62,746 nt of DNA from an uncultured Bifidobacteriaceae bacterium (GTDB lineage Bacteria; Acidobacteriota; Vicinamibacteria; Vicinamibacterales; JAMQPK01). Positions 54,881-62,746 of this stretch are shown here, piece by piece. A program made the translations under genes and the position numbers. The DNA lies in NCBI GenBank assembly GCA_964356125.1, contig CAYHHH010000009.1:1-62746 (forward strand). The letters are read 5' to 3'. The notes under the pieces are model-generated. The model searched no databases and was not told the origin of the DNA. It was given only the letters and a program-made list of their open reading frames with translations. The stretch's first letter is position 1. Each line of letters begins with the position of its first letter.

Positions 54881-55333
54881 ATGACAGATCTCAAGCCGGA
54901 CTCTCAACTCCAGGACAAAGCCGCTCTCCGCTGGAGCCGTCTCGAGGACGAGCGAGGCGCCTGCGTCGTTGTCTCGGATCGCATGGAGCTCGTGTACATC
55001 AACGCAGCAGCCCTGGAACTGGTGGCGGGCGCGTGGTTCGGCAAGCGCTGCTTCGAGGTGCTTCCCGTCGTCGACGAGGCGTGTGCCTTTCACTGCCCGA
55101 AAATACGGGCCGTCAACGAATCGGGGGACGTCGTCTACTGCGAGGAAACCGTGCTGGGAAGCAGCGGCCCGAAGGTCTTCGGCGTCGGATTGATTCCCCT
55201 GGGGCCGACGAGCGACGATCGCGCCCGCGCCGTGCTCCTGCTGCGCGCCAAGGAAGAATCCATCGAAGACAGCGCGTTCCGCGCGCAGCTGCTGACGGAC
55301 GCGAAGAGCCTCGCGCGAAGAATTATTCTATAG
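54881..55333 (+). CDS. Small stand-alone PAS-like, Cys-rich hypothetical protein
   Basis: 150 aa. GACVVVSDRMELVYINAAALELVG... resembles a PAS core. Five Cys at positions 28, 57, 68, 72 and 87, including C-x10-C-x3-C. Confidence 0.4.
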   Translation: MTDLKPDSQLQDKAALRWSRLEDERGACVVVSDRMELVYINAAALELVAGAWFGKRCFEVLPVVDEACAFHCPKIRAVNESGDVVYCEETVLGSSGPKVFGVGLIPLGPTSDDRARAVLLLRAKEESIEDSAFRAQLLTDAKSLARRIIL

Positions 55334-55349
55334 GTCGCCGCGCGTCAGG

Positions 55350-56603
55350 TCAGAAAGCGCGCGCCATTTCCAAGTCGCCATGCTCGAACGCTGACGCCAT
55401 GCGGTCGGCGTCCGATTGCGTCAGGCCGTGCCGTACAGCTACGTCGCGCCATTTCGAAACGGCTTTTCCCACCTGAGCCGCTATTTCGCGAGCTCTCCCG
55501 GCATCGAGCTCAAAGTACTCGGCAACACCGAGAGCCAGAGGGAGCGAGGCGCTGCTGTCATCTTCGTTGATCGCCATCGAGAGGACGCGAGGCTTGATGT
55601 CGACCGGGACCGGGTTCAGGTCATAGGCCGGCGAGAGTCGCCAGCCATCACGGCCTTCGTAGAGAAAGCCGTGATTGCGCAAGTGGTCGTCAGTATTCGA
55701 GATCAGAATGCTGAATACAATCCGGCGCCACAGCGCTTCCATGTCTTCCTGGGGCGCGGCTCCGTGCCGGCGCAGCGCATCGACGATCTCCATGTAGCTG
55801 CGGGTTTCGTTGTCCTTTGCTCCCAGCATGCTCATGGCTGACAGGAACGGAATACGTTGTGCGCCATATCTGTCGAAGCGCCGCAGGAGCAACACGGACT
55901 TGTTCGCCACAGTCTCGAGGCGTGTCTTGGGAACGGCAATCCCGGCTTTCTTTGCCAGCGTGATGGCTGTGGCCTCCCAGAGCACGGCGTTGAACTCGTC
56001 ATCGCGGCGCGGAAATTTCGCGATCGCAAGATGACCGTCGCTCTCTCTGACCGATGCCTTCGGCCGCGCACCGCCAAGCGACGAGCCTGGCGCGAAGAGC
56101 AGCCGCAAGTCTTCCTCAGTGTCCTTCTCATCCAACACGCGCTCCGCCGCAGACAGCAGCTTTGAAAGTTCGACGAGCGGCGGTATTCGCTTGACGCCTT
56201 CTTCCCGTAAGAACGGCCCACCCTCGCGTTCGGCAAAACGCAGCGCGCCCTGACGCGCCTCGTCGTCGACGAGCATGAGGAAGTCAATTTCGTGCAGGGT
56301 GCGCGGAGCCTTCCCTTCGCGTTCGGCGCGCCGTCGCTCCATTCGGCGCATGAGCACGCGTCCCCAGCGGTCCGGCGCCGAGTCCCCAATAGCACCAAAC
56401 ATCGGCGCATCGCCCGCCGTGTGAAACGGGCCGGGGCCAAGGGCGAGTGCCGGTTCGAGAGAGAATCGCGCCGGATGTACGAGCCAGGCAGGGGCGTATT
56501 CGAAGGTTGCACTTTCCTTGTCTTTGCGTACGCGCGCCCACAGCTTCCCCATCAGCTGAGGGGCGCCGTCCAGATCCACGTATACAAAGACTTCCCGGTC
56601 CAT
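55350..56603 (-). CDS. hipA: Type II toxin HipA-family serine/threonine kinase
   Basis: HipA N-terminal coupling domains (VYVDLDG..., FGAIGDSAPDRWGR). Catalytic part GSSLGGARPKA, ISNTDDHLRNHGF, LSPAYDLNP. Confidence 0.9.
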   Translation of the reverse strand: MDREVFVYVDLDGAPQLMGKLWARVRKDKESATFEYAPAWLVHPARFSLEPALALGPGPFHTAGDAPMFGAIGDSAPDRWGRVLMRRMERRRAEREGKAPRTLHEIDFLMLVDDEARQGALRFAEREGGPFLREEGVKRIPPLVELSKLLSAAERVLDEKDTEEDLRLLFAPGSSLGGARPKASVRESDGHLAIAKFPRRDDEFNAVLWEATAITLAKKAGIAVPKTRLETVANKSVLLLRRFDRYGAQRIPFLSAMSMLGAKDNETRSYMEIVDALRRHGAAPQEDMEALWRRIVFSILISNTDDHLRNHGFLYEGRDGWRLSPAYDLNPVPVDIKPRVLSMAINEDDSSASLPLALGVAEYFELDAGRAREIAAQVGKAVSKWRDVAVRHGLTQSDADRMASAFEHGDLEMARAF

Positions 56604-56947
56604 TACTTCCTCGTCGCGCGTTGCGGTGTTCGCGGTCCACGTATCCGTAGCGGCAAATGCTCCTCTTCGAGCTGAAGACCAACGGAATCGTTCCTGGCGT
56701 CGGCGATGTCCGCAAGGCGGTCGGACATGCCCATCACGAAAAGGACAGTGGCATAGATGCCCATTGCCACGCCGGGATCGCCCTTTTCAATCTTGACAAG
56801 CGTCGTTCGGCTGATGGAGGCGCGTTGGGCCGCGATGGCCACAGGGATGCGCCGCCGCCGCCGAGCATCTCGGATGTCCTTGCCCAACTTGCGCAGACCG
56901 CGTCTGACGGGAATCGGGAGAGCCACGGATGAACGACTCGTTCTCAT
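56603..56947 (-). CDS. hipB: XRE-family HTH antitoxin (HipB-like)
   Basis: HTH: LRKLGKDIRDARRRRRIPVAIAAQRASISRTTLVKIEKGDPGV. TAATG overlap with hipA. Confidence 0.85.
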   Translation of the reverse strand: MRTSRSSVALPIPVRRGLRKLGKDIRDARRRRRIPVAIAAQRASISRTTLVKIEKGDPGVAMGIYATVLFVMGMSDRLADIADARNDSVGLQLEEEHLPLRIRGPRTPQRATRK

Positions 56948-56973
56948 ATTTACCGTCCATTTATACGAACGTT

Positions 56974-56992
56974 AATATACTTAATGTATATT
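56974..56992. promoter_or_regulatory. Perfect palindrome AATATAC-TTAAT-GTATATT in the AT-rich hipB upstream region (operator candidate)
   Basis: Read directly from the sequence, 27-45 nt upstream of the hipB ATG. Flanked by the inverted pair CGTCCAT (56953-56959) / ATGGACG (56997-57003). 56948-57010 is the most AT-rich stretch I noticed in the window. Confidence 0.5.
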
Positions 56993-57049
56993 ATTATGGA
57001 CGTTAAATCAAGGGAGGGCTACTACCGGCCACCAGTTACCGGCTATTCG

Positions 57050-57190
57050 CTACTCGGTCGCGCGAAATTCTGCCGCGAGTGTTTCGACCACCGCCGTCGG
57101 CGTCGGCCCGTCGTGCACGACGACGCGGTACCGCAGCGTCAGCGGCGCACCGGTTTTGATGGTATACGGCCCGAGCACGGCGATGTTCGG
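57050..57190 (-). pseudogene. 3'-terminal fragment (last about 46 codons) of a DUF6807/PmoA-family gene, paralogous to 19124..20134
   Basis: The hand translation reads PNIAVLGPYTIKTGAPLTLRYRVVVHDGPTPTAVVETLAAEFRATE-stop. The intact gene has PNIAAVGPYTIKTGTPLTLRYRVVVHDGPTPTAVVETLAAEFRATE at the same place. No upstream part is present, and the fragment abuts the PQQ dehydrogenase stop (57216). Confidence 0.75.
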
Positions 57191-57215
57191 GACCACGGCG
57201 CTCCAGGCCAGCTCC

Positions 57216-59387
57216 TCACCTGGGCAGGGCGAACACGTAGTACCCCTGAGCCTCGGGCCTGCCCGGCACCCACGCCGTCGACTGCCGGCCGATGTTGTCG
57301 AAGATCGGCCCGGTCCTGGCGGCGAAGGCGATGTACTGTCGCCCGCCGACCTCGTACACCGATGGAATCCCTTCGGGACCCGATTCGATTTCCTTCTCCC
57401 ACAGGATGTTCCCGGTCTCCTTGTCGTAGATGTGAAGCGTGCGATCCGAAAACGTGCCGGCGATGAGCAGGCCGCCGGCCGTCACCACCAATCCGTTTCT
57501 CGTCGGATGGTAGCTGCCCGTGTTCCTGATCCCCCTGACCGCAAGCGACGGGACGACGCCGAACGGAATCCGCCACGTGATCGTTCCCTCGCCAAGGTTG
57601 TAGGCCACAATCTCCGACCACGGCGGACCGATCGCGGGAAGCCCGTTGCTGGCGTTCCACGTCGTGTACGGCGCGTAGTAGCGCGTTTGTCCCGGTGGAG
57701 GCGGCGGGACTGGCGGGCCGCTTCGGGGCCGCGGAGGCGCACCGGCCGCCGGATTCAGCAGATAGGCGATGAGCGAATCCAGTTGCTGCGGCGTGATCGT
57801 CGTATCCGAGTACCCTGGCATCTGACCGACGCCATCACGCACAGCGCTCGTGAAGCGCTCCGCTCCCATGTCAGTGGGAGAGGTCACGCCGGTTGGATCC
57901 GCGCCGTGACACGATTCGCAGTGCTGTGCGTAGACCGATCGGCCCACCTGTTCTCGTGTCCCTCCTTCGGGTATCGACACACCGGCTCGTAATGACAGGA
58001 TGGGCAGTGTGGGCGCGTCGATCGATCGCACGTAGAGCATCCCCGTCTCGGGATCGCCTGCCATGCCGCCCCAGTTATTGCCCCCGAGCTCACCCGGCAT
58101 TCTGACCGTGACGCGCGTGCTGGTCGGCGTGAAGAGGCCCTCGTTGCGCGCGTTCACGAGAATCTCGCCGAGCTTCGCCTTCTCCTCCGGCTGAACGTAT
58201 GGATTCAGATCCTCGAGGGTGAATTTCTGGCGAGCGAACGGCGGCGGCCATGTCGGGAACGGCTGCGTTGGATACAACTCCTCGCCAGGCACGTCGCTCC
58301 TGGGGACCGGCCGCTCTTCGATCGGCCACAGCGGCTGCCCCGTGACGCGATCGAACACGAAAAGAAAACCGTGCTTCGTGCCGACGGCCACCACGTCGAC
58401 CGGCTTGCCCTTGTGCTGCACCGTCATGAGCTTCGGGCTCGGCACGATGTCGTAGTCCCAGATGTTGTGGTGCACGATCTGGTAGTGCCACAACTTTTTG
58501 CCCGTGCGCGCATCGAGCGCGATCAGACAATCCGCAAACAGGTTGGCGCCGATCCGGTCGGCGCCGTAGAAATCGTAGGTCGCTGAGCCAGTTGGAAAGT
58601 ACGCGATGCCGCGCTTCTCGTCGATCGAGATCTCGCCCCAGGTATTGGCTCCGCCGGCATAGGTGTGCGCGTCTTTCGGCCAGGTCTCGTAGCCCTCATC
58701 ACCGGGAAGCGGGATCGTGCGGAAAATCCAGGCGAGCGTGCCGGTCACCACGTCGTACGCGCGAAGGTACCCGAGCGATGAGCCGTATCCCTCACCGGTC
58801 GTCGAGCCCATCAGGATGAGGTTCTCGAACACATGGCCGGGCGTGCCTGTCGGGTTGGCGCGCGGCACCGCCTCTCTGAAATCAACCAGGCCGCCCTTCC
58901 CAAACGACGTGATGGGCTGGCCAGTGCGCGCGTCGATCGCCCGAAGCTGGCCGCCGGCCGTAAACAGTAGCCGCCGATCCGAGCGGTCCTGGCTTTCCCA
59001 GTAGTTGATGCCCCGGTCGGTCGGACGCCCCTCGACCGCGTGAGACCACACTTCCTTTCCCGTCACGGCATTCAGAGCGACGATGGCGCCTTCCTGTCCC
59101 ATCACGTACATGAGACCGTCGACGATCACAGGGTTGAATCCGAACCTGTTGGCCGGGCCGGTGACCTGGTAGAACCAGGCCAGCTCGAGCCGGTTCACAT
59201 TCGCCCTGTTGATCTGCGCAAGAGCGGAGTACTGCATTCCGTCCGCTCCTCCCCCGTAGTCGCTCCACGTGGTGTACGGCTGTGTCGGTGGCGGAGGTGC
59301 GGTATGCAGGATCGCGCCGGCGAACAGCACCACCACCGCGGCGCCCACCGACAGACGGATCCGGGACCCTTGATGTCGCGTGCTCAT
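57216..59387 (-). CDS. PQQ-dependent quinohaemoprotein dehydrogenase (propeller with embedded cytochrome c domain)
   Basis: Signature W.DYGGGADGMQYSALAQINRANVNRLELAWFY. Paralogous to 34804..36816 but with an inserted CESCH haem c domain (VYAQHCESCHGADPTG...MPGY). Confidence 0.85.
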   Translation of the reverse strand: MSTRHQGSRIRLSVGAAVVVLFAGAILHTAPPPPTQPYTTWSDYGGGADGMQYSALAQINRANVNRLELAWFYQVTGPANRFGFNPVIVDGLMYVMGQEGAIVALNAVTGKEVWSHAVEGRPTDRGINYWESQDRSDRRLLFTAGGQLRAIDARTGQPITSFGKGGLVDFREAVPRANPTGTPGHVFENLILMGSTTGEGYGSSLGYLRAYDVVTGTLAWIFRTIPLPGDEGYETWPKDAHTYAGGANTWGEISIDEKRGIAYFPTGSATYDFYGADRIGANLFADCLIALDARTGKKLWHYQIVHHNIWDYDIVPSPKLMTVQHKGKPVDVVAVGTKHGFLFVFDRVTGQPLWPIEERPVPRSDVPGEELYPTQPFPTWPPPFARQKFTLEDLNPYVQPEEKAKLGEILVNARNEGLFTPTSTRVTVRMPGELGGNNWGGMAGDPETGMLYVRSIDAPTLPILSLRAGVSIPEGGTREQVGRSVYAQHCESCHGADPTGVTSPTDMGAERFTSAVRDGVGQMPGYSDTTITPQQLDSLIAYLLNPAAGAPPRPRSGPPVPPPPPGQTRYYAPYTTWNASNGLPAIGPPWSEIVAYNLGEGTITWRIPFGVVPSLAVRGIRNTGSYHPTRNGLVVTAGGLLIAGTFSDRTLHIYDKETGNILWEKEIESGPEGIPSVYEVGGRQYIAFAARTGPIFDNIGRQSTAWVPGRPEAQGYYVFALPR

Positions 59388-59412
59388 GCGTTGTTCCTTC
59401 CGACGGCACGAA

Positions 59413-61110
59413 TTACAGGTTGCCGCGCTTCAGCTCCTCAACAGCGTAATGGCACGCGCGTGCCGTCAGCGCCATATACGTCAGCGTGGGATTCTGATTG
59501 CCGCTCGATGTCATGCAGGCGCCGTCGGTCATGAAAAGGTTCGGCACGTCCCACGCCTGATTCCAGCCGTTCAAGACTGATGTCCGTCGATCGCGCCCCA
59601 TGCGCGCTCCACCCATCTCATGGTTGGCGTTTCCAGGCGTGCTCACGCGCGTGGACGGACGCACGCGTGTCGCGCCAGACGCGTCGAGCAGCTCGACTGC
59701 CGTCGTAGTCATGTCGCGATGCATCGCGCGCTCGTTCTCGCTCCAGGCACACTCGATGTGCAGCACGGGGATGCCCCACGCATCGACCATCGTCGGATGC
59801 AGCGTGCATCGATTCTCTTCCCGCGGCAGCGTCTCGCCGAACGCACTGAATCGCATCACCCAGGGGCCGAGATCCGCGAGGCGATGCTTGAAGGACGCCC
59901 CGATGCCAGGCTCGGTCGCCATGCGTCCCCATCCCGCGCGAGAGGCACCGCCCTGAAAGCCGTATCCGCGCAGGAATGCCGGATGGCGGGATCCGACGTT
60001 GCGAAACCGCGGAACGTAGATGCCGTTCGGCCGCGCCCCTATCACGCGCGTGTCGCCAAACCCGTCGATCTCTCCTTCTGCGCCGCCCCACTTGATGTGG
60101 TCCATGATGCTGCGGCCCACCTGCCCGCTCGAATTCGCGAGCCCCTCGGGCATGCGGTCGGTCCGCGAGTTCAACAGGATTCGGGCGCTCTCGAATGCCG
60201 ACGCGCACAAAAAGACGACGCGCGCCGAATACTCGTGAGATTGGCGCGTCTGGGCGTCGATGACATGCACCCGCGCGACGCGACCTGTGGCCGGATCGCG
60301 CACGAGGTGACGCACAACGCTGTGAGGCCGCAGCGTGAGCCGCCCCGTCGCCTCGGCGGCAGGAAGCGATGCCGACAGCGAGCTGAAGTACGACCGCGTC
60401 ACGCAGCCGCGCTGACACGGGCCGCAGTAGTGACAGGCAAGCCGACCGTTGAGCGGCGCCGTCAGGACGGCCACCCGGCCGATCGTCATGATCCGCTCAC
60501 CGCGGAAGGTCGTCCGAATGCGATCCCGTACGTGCTGCTCGACAGCGTTCATCGCCATCGGCGGCAGGAACGTGCCGTCGGGCAGATGTGCGAGTCCTTC
60601 GCGCTGTCCGCTGACCCCGATGAAACGCTCCACGCGATCGTACCAGCGCGCGACGTCGCGATACCGGATGGGCCAGTCGATGCCGATGCCGTCGCGAGCG
60701 TTCGCGTTGAAATCGAGATCGCTCCACCGGTACACCTGACGGCCCCACGAGATGGATTTCCCGCCCACGTGCCGCGCGCGAAACCAGTCGAATGGTTTTT
60801 CCGCGGGGGTGGTGTACGGATTGTCCCTGTCATCGGTCCAGAACGTGTGGCTCCACTCGTCGAAGCTCACGGACCGGCGCTGCACCGGCTGGCGCGCCGC
60901 GATCGTTCGCCGATCGCCGAGGCCGCGAAAGGGCGCCTCCCACGGCTGCCGGTGCTCGGTGTAGTCGCGGGCCGGATCGATGGGCCTTCCGGCATCGAGC
61001 ACCAGCGTGCGCAGCCCCAGCTCTGTGAGCTCCTTGGCTGCCAGGCCGCCGGTGATGCCCGATCCAATGACGATCGCGTCGTAATCCTGCGGGATCTGCT
61101 CGACTGCCAT
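59413..61110 (-). CDS. GMC-family FAD oxidoreductase (gluconate 2-dehydrogenase flavoprotein-like)
   Basis: Rossmann motif YDAIVIGSGITGGLAAKEL. C-terminal NHEMGGARMG...NLFMTDGA active-site region. Confidence 0.9.
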   Translation of the reverse strand: MAVEQIPQDYDAIVIGSGITGGLAAKELTELGLRTLVLDAGRPIDPARDYTEHRQPWEAPFRGLGDRRTIAARQPVQRRSVSFDEWSHTFWTDDRDNPYTTPAEKPFDWFRARHVGGKSISWGRQVYRWSDLDFNANARDGIGIDWPIRYRDVARWYDRVERFIGVSGQREGLAHLPDGTFLPPMAMNAVEQHVRDRIRTTFRGERIMTIGRVAVLTAPLNGRLACHYCGPCQRGCVTRSYFSSLSASLPAAEATGRLTLRPHSVVRHLVRDPATGRVARVHVIDAQTRQSHEYSARVVFLCASAFESARILLNSRTDRMPEGLANSSGQVGRSIMDHIKWGGAEGEIDGFGDTRVIGARPNGIYVPRFRNVGSRHPAFLRGYGFQGGASRAGWGRMATEPGIGASFKHRLADLGPWVMRFSAFGETLPREENRCTLHPTMVDAWGIPVLHIECAWSENERAMHRDMTTTAVELLDASGATRVRPSTRVSTPGNANHEMGGARMGRDRRTSVLNGWNQAWDVPNLFMTDGACMTSSGNQNPTLTYMALTARACHYAVEELKRGNL

Positions 61111-61115
61111 GGATG

Positions 61116-61691
61116 TCAGCTGCGTCCTTTGTACGGCGCAGAGCCGTCGTACTTCATCGGTTGCGGATACAGGTGAAGTCCGGTCTTCATGCCGGCTTCC
61201 GACGTGCAGTAACCCCAGACCGTGAGGTACTTCAACATGCCGAACCAGTGCATGTCCCGTCTATCCCCTTCAAGCGCCTGCACATCGCGATCGAAGGCCG
61301 TGAGCAGTGCCTCCTGCTCCGCGTCGGTGCATTGCACGAAGACCCGTCCGTTGGCCGCGCGGCTCTCCGTATCGAGGGTCTGAAGACCGGTAAGGAATCG
61401 ATCGCGCTCATCCGGCTCGTACCAACCTGTGAGCATGTGATCGATGAAGTGCGGCACGCCGGCATCGATCGCGCCGGGCGTCTCATCGGCAGGAATCAGG
61501 CGTTCGCACGCAGCGGTGACGGTTTCAGCCGCGTGTCCATCGAGCGCGCGGAACGTCCCGGGGCCGTCCGCCTGCGCCGCCGCGTGCACGTCTCTGAGCA
61601 GCGCGCGCAGTTCGGCCGGCATCAGCGAATCCGCAACAGGCCAGGCGGCTCCGGCGGCAAAAACTCGAAGAACGTCGCGGCGCTGCATCAT
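61116..61691 (-). CDS. Gluconate 2-dehydrogenase subunit 3-family protein (Tat signal)
   Basis: MMQRRDVLRVFAAGAAWP. Typical small Tat-bearing partner encoded directly upstream of a GMC oxidoreductase. Confidence 0.75.
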   Translation of the reverse strand: MMQRRDVLRVFAAGAAWPVADSLMPAELRALLRDVHAAAQADGPGTFRALDGHAAETVTAACERLIPADETPGAIDAGVPHFIDHMLTGWYEPDERDRFLTGLQTLDTESRAANGRVFVQCTDAEQEALLTAFDRDVQALEGDRRDMHWFGMLKYLTVWGYCTSEAGMKTGLHLYPQPMKYDGSAPYKGRS

Positions 61692-62746
61692 CTAACCTGC
61701 CCGGTACCGCAGATACTCCGGTTCCCACATGGAATTGGCGACCCGATCCTCGATGTCGCGCGGCGCGATGTGGGACGCGGCTCCGGCATCGACGAGCGCC
61801 CGTCCGACCGCCACGGCGACGGCGTATGACACATCGCGCAGCCGCGACAACGGCGGGAAGATCGGCGCGCCCGCAACGTTCGTACGCCCGGTGAACTCAT
61901 ACACGGCCCTGGCCGCGGCCGAGAACACGGCGTCGGGCAGCGAGTGCGCCTGCACGGCGATGGCGCCAAGACCGATGCCCGGAAACACAAGCACGTTGTT
62001 GCACTGTCCTATGTGATGGGTCACATCGTGCAGGCGCACCGGCGCAAACGGACTACCGGTGGCCACGATCGCCGCGCCCTCCGTCCATCTGATGATGTCT
62101 TCCGGCAACGCTTCGACCTTCGTCGTCGGATTCGATAGCACCAGCACGATCGGCCGCGCGCAGCCCTTGTGCATCATCTTCACGATCTCGCTGGTGAAGG
62201 CGTGCGGCTGCCCAGACGCACCGATCAGGACCGTCGGCTTGAACTGACGCACGACGTCGAGCACGTCAAAGCGCCCGTTGGCGGGATTCGTCCATCCGTC
62301 AACGATGGTTCGCTCGGCCGCGATGTCGCGCTTGTGGCCGTCGAGTCCGGGCCGATCGTTGAGAATGAGACCCTGGGAATCGAGACAGAGCACGCGCCGC
62401 GAGAGATCGGCCTCGGCAATCCCGGCCGCCCGCAACGCATGGCGCATCTGCAACGCGATTCCCGCTCCCGACGCGCCGGCCCCGAACACGACGATGCGCT
62501 CGTCTTCGAGACGGCGCTCGACGCGGTCCAACGCCGTACGGATGCCGGCCTCGACAATCGCGCCCGTCCCCTGAATGTCATCGTCGAAGCTCGCAAGCCT
62601 GGTGCGGTATCGGCGCAGCACCTGGAAGGCCCGCTCGTTGGCGAAGTCCTCCCATTGCACGAGCGCACGCGGAAACACCGCCGCAATCCCGTCGACGAGC
62701 TCGTCAAGCAGTGAGAAGTACTCGTCACCGCGCAACCGCGGATGCC
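61692..62746 (-). CDS. NAD(P)-dependent malic enzyme, C-terminal about 350 aa; the gene continues beyond the window end
   Basis: FDDDIQGTGAIV. NAD-binding VVFGAGASGAGIA. SNPT and FPGIGLG motifs. The frame stays open to the window edge. Confidence 0.9.
   Translation of the reverse strand, partial: HPRLRGDEYFSLLDELVDGIAAVFPRALVQWEDFANERAFQVLRRYRTRLASFDDDIQGTGAIVEAGIRTALDRVERRLEDERIVVFGAGASGAGIALQMRHALRAAGIAEADLSRRVLCLDSQGLILNDRPGLDGHKRDIAAERTIVDGWTNPANGRFDVLDVVRQFKPTVLIGASGQPHAFTSEIVKMMHKGCARPIVLVLSNPTTKVEALPEDIIRWTEGAAIVATGSPFAPVRLHDVTHHIGQCNNVLVFPGIGLGAIAVQAHSLPDAVFSAAARAVYEFTGRTNVAGAPIFPPLSRLRDVSYAVAVAVGRALVDAGAASHIAPRDIEDRVANSMWEPEYLRYRAG

Noticed and set aside
55350-57215. The hipBA region as a mobile element or genomic islet.
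   Set aside because: No integrase or transposase, no tRNA target and no flanking direct or inverted repeats were found. The GC content of the two genes looks like the surrounding genome. Only the short promoter region is AT-rich.
62011-62026. Palindrome ATGTGA-TGGG-TCACAT, which resembles a CRP-type TGTGA/TCACA site.
   Set aside because: It lies inside the malic enzyme coding sequence (VTHHIGQ) and has a different half-site and register from the TATGAC box. It is a single occurrence, most likely chance.
1-62746. rRNA, tRNA, riboswitch (Moco, cobalamin) or CRISPR features.
   Set aside because: Intergenic regions are short; the longest are about 270 nt. None showed cloverleaf-like or known riboswitch-like conserved cores on inspection. 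This cannot be fully excluded without covariance-model searches.

Overview
High-GC (about two-thirds G+C by eye) bacterial chromosomal window. The gene content looks like a soil Acidobacteriota- or Gemmatimonadota-type organism (inference only). All calls rest on hand reading of the ORF track and sequence, with no database search.

Nearly every gene is tightly packed, and many junctions are ATGA, GTGA or TTGA start/stop overlaps.

Gene content, left to right:
- (1) czcC/czcB-like efflux genes.
- (2) A Crp/Fnr regulator divergent from a long plus-strand operon: ric, a dihaem cytochrome c-cupredoxin fusion, clade-II-type nosZ-nosB-nosD-nosF-nosL-nosY, a DUF59 protein and a polytopic membrane protein.
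- (3) A roughly 30-kb array of genes all on the minus strand (42506 down to 11849). It carries two tandem copies of a module (DUF1080+FG-GAP propeller, Tat-exported FAD oxidoreductase, ThuA-like protein) and a third copy of the propeller gene. It also carries a Tat-NIPSNAP protein, a PQQ dehydrogenase, a TonB-dependent receptor, a DUF5916 protein and a PmoA-like DUF6807 protein. It ends in a Thermus-type narCGHJI respiratory nitrate reductase operon.
- (4) A second, periplasmic (Tat) NXR/Nar-like type II molybdoenzyme operon with unusual accessory genes.
- (5) A monohaem cytochrome c, a B12-radical-SAM enzyme and a small Cys-rich PAS-like protein.
- (6) A hipBA toxin-antitoxin pair.
- (7) A quinohaemoprotein PQQ dehydrogenase, a GMC oxidoreductase with its Tat subunit, and a partial malic enzyme gene.

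Most interesting signals:
- A perfectly conserved palindrome, TATGAC-N4-GTCATA, sits in front of five operons. It may tie N-oxide respiration to the periplasmic dehydrogenase clusters.
- The periplasmic NXR-like operon coexists with a cytoplasmic Nar and with NosZ.
- Heptanucleotide tandem repeats lie inside two paralogous propeller genes.
- There are gene relics: a DUF6807 3' fragment and a multicopper-oxidase N-terminal fragment.

No rRNA, tRNA, CRISPR array, transposase or integrase was recognised.
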